Below, piece after piece: positions 60,352 through 64,000 of a DNA stretch of 64,000 bases. The notes beneath the pieces are model-generated. The model searched no databases. It was not told the DNA's origin and worked only from the letters and a program-made list of their open reading frames with translations. The first letter of the stretch is position 1. The number at the start of each line of letters is the position of its first letter. Source of the stretch: Flavobacteriales bacterium (GTDB lineage Bacteria > Bacteroidota > Bacteroidia > Flavobacteriales_F > PHOS-HE28); NCBI GenBank assembly GCA_041391845.1, contig JAWKNG010000005.1, positions 17,381 to 81,380 on the forward strand, written 5' to 3'. The translations under genes and the position numbers were made by a program.

Positions 60352-60786
60352 ATGGCCGAATCGTTCAACAAACGCGAGCAGGAAAAGCGCCGTCAGCAGA
60401 AGCAGGAAGAGAAGGAACGCCGCAAGGCCGAACGCAAGGCCAACAGTGCCGGCGGCGGCTTGGACAACATGATCGCGTACGTCGACGAGTTCGGTCGCAT
60501 CACCGACACCCCGCCCGACCCCACCAAACGGCAGGAGATCAAGGCCGAGGACATCGAGATCGGCGTGCCCAAGCGCGAGGAGGAGGTGATCACTGAACGC
60601 ACCGGTCGTGTGGACTTCTTCGATGCCTCCCGCGGCTTCGGCTTCATCGTGGAGGACGGTGGGCGCGACCGTTACTTCGTACACATCAGCGGTACCTTGG
60701 AGGACATCAAGGACAACGACCGCGTCACCTTCGAACTCGAGCGTGGCCCCAAGGGCATGAACGCTGTGCGGGTGAAGAAGGTCTGA
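60352..60786 (+). CDS. Cold-shock-domain protein with Lys/Arg/Glu-rich N-terminal extension
   Basis: C-terminal CSD (GRVDFFDASRGFGFIVEDGG...YFVHISG). N-terminal ~45 aa of charged low complexity (KREQEKRRQQKQEEKERRKAERK). Confidence 0.75.
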   Translation: MAESFNKREQEKRRQQKQEEKERRKAERKANSAGGGLDNMIAYVDEFGRITDTPPDPTKRQEIKAEDIEIGVPKREEEVITERTGRVDFFDASRGFGFIVEDGGRDRYFVHISGTLEDIKDNDRVTFELERGPKGMNAVRVKKV

Positions 60787-60837
60787 GATACCCGGCCTTC
60801 GCGGAACCGCGCGACCATCGCGCCACATGTACCGCAC

Positions 60838-62100
60838 ATGCCCGTTCGCGTCCCTTCGCTCCGCTGGCTGGTGCTGCTTGCTGTGGTGTTGCGACTGGCC
60901 TTCGTGGCCCACCATGCATCACGAGGCTGGCAACTACAGTACGACGCCGGCTATTACCTCACCCTCGCACAGCACCTTTCGCACGGGGTATACAGCCTCT
61001 ACCACCCACTGGACATCCCCGACACCACGCGGATGCCCGGCTACCCCTGGTTGATCCACCTGCTGGGCAGCTCCGTTCCGGCCGTGCTTCTGCTGCAGGT
61101 CCTGCTCAGTGCGGCCAACGTGGTGCTGGTACATCGCCTCGCAGCAGCCATCGGTCTCCCACCGCGCGGGGCGTGGCTCGCCGCTGTGCTCATGGCCCTC
61201 GAGCCCATGGCCATCGTGTTGAGCGGCAGCCTGCTCACCGAAACCTGCTTCACCACGGCCCTGCTGGGCGGCACTCTTCTGCTCCTGCAACGCCCGCCCA
61301 CGTGGCGCACCCTCGTGGGCGCAGCGCTGTGTTTCGCAATGGCTGCGTGGTTGCGCGCCAACGGCCTCTTGCTCGGGCTCGCTGCAGTGGGCATCGCAAC
61401 TGTGGTGCTGCGCCTTCCGGTGCAGAAGGGACTGGTATGTGCCGCTATGACCGTACTGTTGGTGACCCCCTGGGTATTGCGCAACCACGCAAGCACCGGG
61501 CGTTGGATGCTATCGGACAGCGGCCCCGTGGCAGCCGCACACTTCCACCTTCCCGAGGTGCTCGCCGCAGCCCACGATCCACACGCCCGAACTTACCGGC
61601 AGGAGCTCCATGAACGGGCCGCACGCACGGATTGGGAGGACCGCACGGCCGCAGCTACATACTTCGACGGACTTCGGAAAGATCTACGCCACATCTTCCT
61701 GGCCCATCCGCTCGCTTGGAGCGCCGTCCAGCTTCGCACAGCGGTGGGCATTCTTGTAGCGCCCGGTCGCGGGCACATCGCCAATCACTTTGGCATGGGA
61801 CCACTGGCGAAAGCCGTCAGCGGTTGGTCAATGCTGTACAGCGTGTTGCTGGTGTGTACCATCCTGATCTGCCTGCTCCGTTGGCGGCGCCTGCCTGTGG
61901 ATGTAGTGGTCCTGTTATTGCTCGCCGGTGCGATCATCTGGAGCGGAGGGATCTCCACCACCGACACACGCTTCAAGGCACCAGGGATGCCGTTGTTGCT
62001 GGTCTGCGCCGCATGGGCCGTAACAGCGATCGGCTCGGCACGGTTTGCGATCAAAGGCGGTACGCCAGGGCCAGTACCAAACCCAGCAAGACCACGGTGA
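60838..62100 (+). CDS. GT-C fold glycosyltransferase, ArnT/PMT_2-like
   Basis: N-terminal loop YDAGYYLTLAQHLSHG...PDTTRMPGYPWLI. About 11 TM segments. Confidence 0.6.
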   Translation: MPVRVPSLRWLVLLAVVLRLAFVAHHASRGWQLQYDAGYYLTLAQHLSHGVYSLYHPLDIPDTTRMPGYPWLIHLLGSSVPAVLLLQVLLSAANVVLVHRLAAAIGLPPRGAWLAAVLMALEPMAIVLSGSLLTETCFTTALLGGTLLLLQRPPTWRTLVGAALCFAMAAWLRANGLLLGLAAVGIATVVLRLPVQKGLVCAAMTVLLVTPWVLRNHASTGRWMLSDSGPVAAAHFHLPEVLAAAHDPHARTYRQELHERAARTDWEDRTAAATYFDGLRKDLRHIFLAHPLAWSAVQLRTAVGILVAPGRGHIANHFGMGPLAKAVSGWSMLYSVLLVCTILICLLRWRRLPVDVVVLLLLAGAIIWSGGISTTDTRFKAPGMPLLLVCAAWAVTAIGSARFAIKGGTPGPVPNPARPR

Positions 62101-62314
62101 GCAGGACCACCACACGGTTCCACACCGGCTGTTGTCCGACGAGCGCGTACAGACCAAGACCGATCGCGGCACCGAGCAGACCCGACACACCACCATACAG
62201 CACGCGCATACCGGGTTCCTCAGCCAGCAGGGACCCCAGGGGCCACAGGACGGAGATCGGCACACCAACGAATGCTGTAAGCCATGCCTGTGAGCGCTTG
62301 TCGTCGGAGAACAT
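62051..62314 (-). CDS. Small membrane protein, possibly GlsB/YeaQ/YmgE (transglycosylase-associated) family
   Basis: 87 aa with three hydrophobic segments and Gly-rich helices (GGVSGLLGAAIGLGLYALVG). Its 3' end overlaps the convergent GT-C gene by about 50 nt. Confidence 0.4.
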   Translation of the reverse strand: MFSDDKRSQAWLTAFVGVPISVLWPLGSLLAEEPGMRVLYGGVSGLLGAAIGLGLYALVGQQPVWNRVVVLLTVVLLGLVLALAYRL

Positions 62315-62322
62315 GGAAAGGT

Positions 62323-62856
62323 TCACCGTCCCTGTTCGTTGGAGATGTGGTCCACACCCGCCTTCACCTCCTCCACCACCCACTGCACCCATTTGGTATC
62401 TCCGAGCGCCGGGATGAACATGGGAGCGAAGCCACGCAGGGGTAGATAGAGTGTTGACGCCTCCCTGACGTGGGCGGGAGGCATGGAGCCTTCCGTGTAG
62501 CCCACTAAAAGGTTGAGCGTAACGCTCAATACGAAGGCCGAGCGCAGAACTCCGAACGCGATGCCCGCCAGTTTGTTCGGCAAGCCAAGTTGGGCCAGGT
62601 CGATGAGGGTCGTGAGGAAGCGCGCAAGCAGATGAACGACCAAAAGCACGGCCAGGAAGGTCACCAGGAAAGCGAGGGCCACGTTCTCCGCGTCGATGCC
62701 CACAGCGGCGGCCACCCGATCGCTCACGTGAACGGCCGTCCAGATCCCAAGGACCACCGCCAGCAGCGCTGCCAGCTCAATGATGAAACCCCGCTGGAAG
62801 CCCTTTGCCGCCGCGAAACCGAGGAGTAGGAGCACCGACCAATCCAGCCAGTTCAT
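62323..62856 (-). CDS. cvpA: CvpA-family (colicin V production) membrane protein
   Basis: MNWLDWSVLLLLGFAAAKGFQRGFI matches the CvpA N-terminus. Four TM segments. Confidence 0.65.
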   Translation of the reverse strand: MNWLDWSVLLLLGFAAAKGFQRGFIIELAALLAVVLGIWTAVHVSDRVAAAVGIDAENVALAFLVTFLAVLLVVHLLARFLTTLIDLAQLGLPNKLAGIAFGVLRSAFVLSVTLNLLVGYTEGSMPPAHVREASTLYLPLRGFAPMFIPALGDTKWVQWVVEEVKAGVDHISNEQGR

Positions 62857-62948
62857 GGTCGGCAAGTTGTGCATTACCGGATCGCTATGACCGGCTGCTG
62901 CACGCGATCTTTGCACAAGCGCGGGTACAACAACGCGCAAGGGACAAG

Positions 62949-63281
62949 GTGGATCTTCAGTTCGAACAGCGTTGGCGTACGTTGGTGAAGGACCTGAGCG
63001 CACGGTTCGATGCCGGCACGCTGGACCTCAACGCCATTCTTTTCCTCATCGGGGTGCAGGAGCTGGGTCAGCACGCACGCGAGTTCAAGAAGGACGAAAA
63101 GGTCGCATTGATGCACATCGCCATCTGTGTGCTGCTGAGGCCCTATGGTTATTACAGGGAGCTGGGGCGCGACGCCGATGGCTGGCCGCACTTCGAGCGC
63201 ATCAAGGACCTGCCGGCGCTGGGTCCGGAGGAGCAGGAACGGTTGATGAAGGAGGCCGTGCTGGCCTATTTCGAGCCGTGA
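62949..63281 (+). CDS. Hypothetical protein; start uncertain, possibly GTG at 62949
   Basis: Open frame with GC3-rich codon usage and no early in-frame ATG. I recognised no family. Confidence 0.3.
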   Translation: MDLQFEQRWRTLVKDLSARFDAGTLDLNAILFLIGVQELGQHAREFKKDEKVALMHIAICVLLRPYGYYRELGRDADGWPHFERIKDLPALGPEEQERLMKEAVLAYFEP

Positions 63282-63297
63282 ACCTTGACGTGGGAGC

Positions 63298-63690
63298 CTA
63301 TTGAGCGGGTTCAACGACCACCGTCTCCTCGCTGGTCTCCTCCTCCACGATCTTGATGATGCCCTCACCGATGAGGGTGTCCTTGGTGGCCAGGATGTCC
63401 AGCACGGCGAACCCGCTCTGCCCCTGCTCATAGAAGTCGCTGTAGTCGAACGTGGCAGCTCCGTCCGAGTCGGTCACTGTTTCCTTGTCCAAGCGGTTGG
63501 GATCGCCCAACGGGAAGGTGGGGTCCGCAAAGAGCTTCACGGTGGCACCCGCCACAGGGCGACCGTCCAGATCGGTCACGCGCACCACACCGACCGTGGG
63601 CTCCTCTTCGTTGCAGGCGGTGGCAAAGGGCAGGAGAATGGCCACGACCAAGGCGTTGGTAAGAACGCGGAGGAAGGTGGGAGTGTGCAT
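63298..63690 (-). CDS. Hypothetical small lipoprotein with Ig-like/carboxypeptidase-regulatory-like beta domain
   Basis: Lipobox LPFATAC. VRVTDLDGRPVAGATVKLF is reminiscent of CarbopepD_reg-like folds. Confidence 0.45.
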   Translation of the reverse strand: MHTPTFLRVLTNALVVAILLPFATACNEEEPTVGVVRVTDLDGRPVAGATVKLFADPTFPLGDPNRLDKETVTDSDGAATFDYSDFYEQGQSGFAVLDILATKDTLIGEGIIKIVEEETSEETVVVEPAQ

Positions 63691-63755
63691 TGGGTTACTT
63701 TTGGTCGCCCATCCAGAACGGGCTGATCGGATGTCAAATGTAATGAACCGGGCCA

Positions 63756-64000
63756 TGCCAAGGCTCATGCAGCTCACCATGATGCCTGCCATACTGTGCA
63801 GCCTGCTCCTGGCGGGCACCAGCCACGCACAGGACAGGACCACCGAAAAGCGGGTGCGCGTGGAGATCCGCAGCACCGCCGGCACCTTGGTGGTCGAGCT
63901 CTTCAATGAAACACCGAGGCACCGCGACAACTTCATCAAGCTGGTGAAGGAGGGTGCCTATGACAGTCTGCTCTTCCACCGGGTGATGCCTGCCTTCATG
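63756..64000 (+). CDS. Cyclophilin-type peptidyl-prolyl cis-trans isomerase, secreted; 3' end truncated by the window edge
   Basis: Signal peptide MPRLMQLTMMPAILCSLLLAGTSHAQ. RVEIRSTAGTLVVELFNETPRHRDNFIKLVKEGAYDSLLFHRVMPAFM matches the PpiB N-terminal core. It is not listed as an ORF in the track because it runs off the window. Confidence 0.7.

Noticed and set aside
62805-62948. 5' part of the 158-aa ORF overlapping the cvpA start
   Set aside because: This part overlaps the divergent cvpA coding start by about 50 nt and has no in-frame ATG. I trimmed the call to a possible GTG start at 62949 and gave it low confidence.

Overview
This is a 64 kb chromosomal segment with about 64-65% GC. Its gene content is characteristic of Bacteroidota: a gldH lipoprotein next to a PSP1-domain gene, T9SS/CHU-type C-terminal sorting domains, a LytTR two-component pair, DUF3667/DUF5694/DUF1232 families, ileS-dksA-like-lspA synteny, and TAnnTTTG-like -7 promoter boxes. 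Most of the window is densely packed housekeeping genes: ileS, lspA, asd, lpxD, uvrC, gpsA, lysS, a PGI/PMI isomerase, lipB, scoA/scoB, PBP1A, holB and pgk. These are interspersed with secreted or surface proteins: a lamin-tail-domain adhesin-like protein, a beta-propeller/di-haem peroxidase fusion, a Kelch protein with a T9SS sorting domain, and several lipoproteins. I found no rRNA, tRNA, CRISPR, transposase, integrase or recognisable defence genes. The most unusual content is a glycosylation-rich stretch between about 37 and 62 kb. It holds five GT-C-fold membrane glycosyltransferase-like genes (PMT_2/ArnT-like, DUF2029, and a YfhO-like large membrane protein), two GT2 genes, and a four-gene operon joined by ATGA start/stop overlaps (hypothetical protein, lipoprotein, GH16-like lipoprotein, 774-aa polytopic membrane protein). 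In the same stretch, scoA and scoB are separated by an inserted GT-C gene. Other notable items are a DksA/TraR-like protein with a roughly 230-residue histone-H1-like lysine/alanine repeat N-terminus, an RG-rich tail on the PSP1 protein, duplicated DUF3667 paralogues flanking a LytTR two-component module, and a recurring TATCTT(T/C)GCG motif just upstream of many start codons. Some minus-strand start coordinates may be off by one or two bases where my reading of the printed sequence disagreed with the ORF track; CDS coordinates follow the ORF track.
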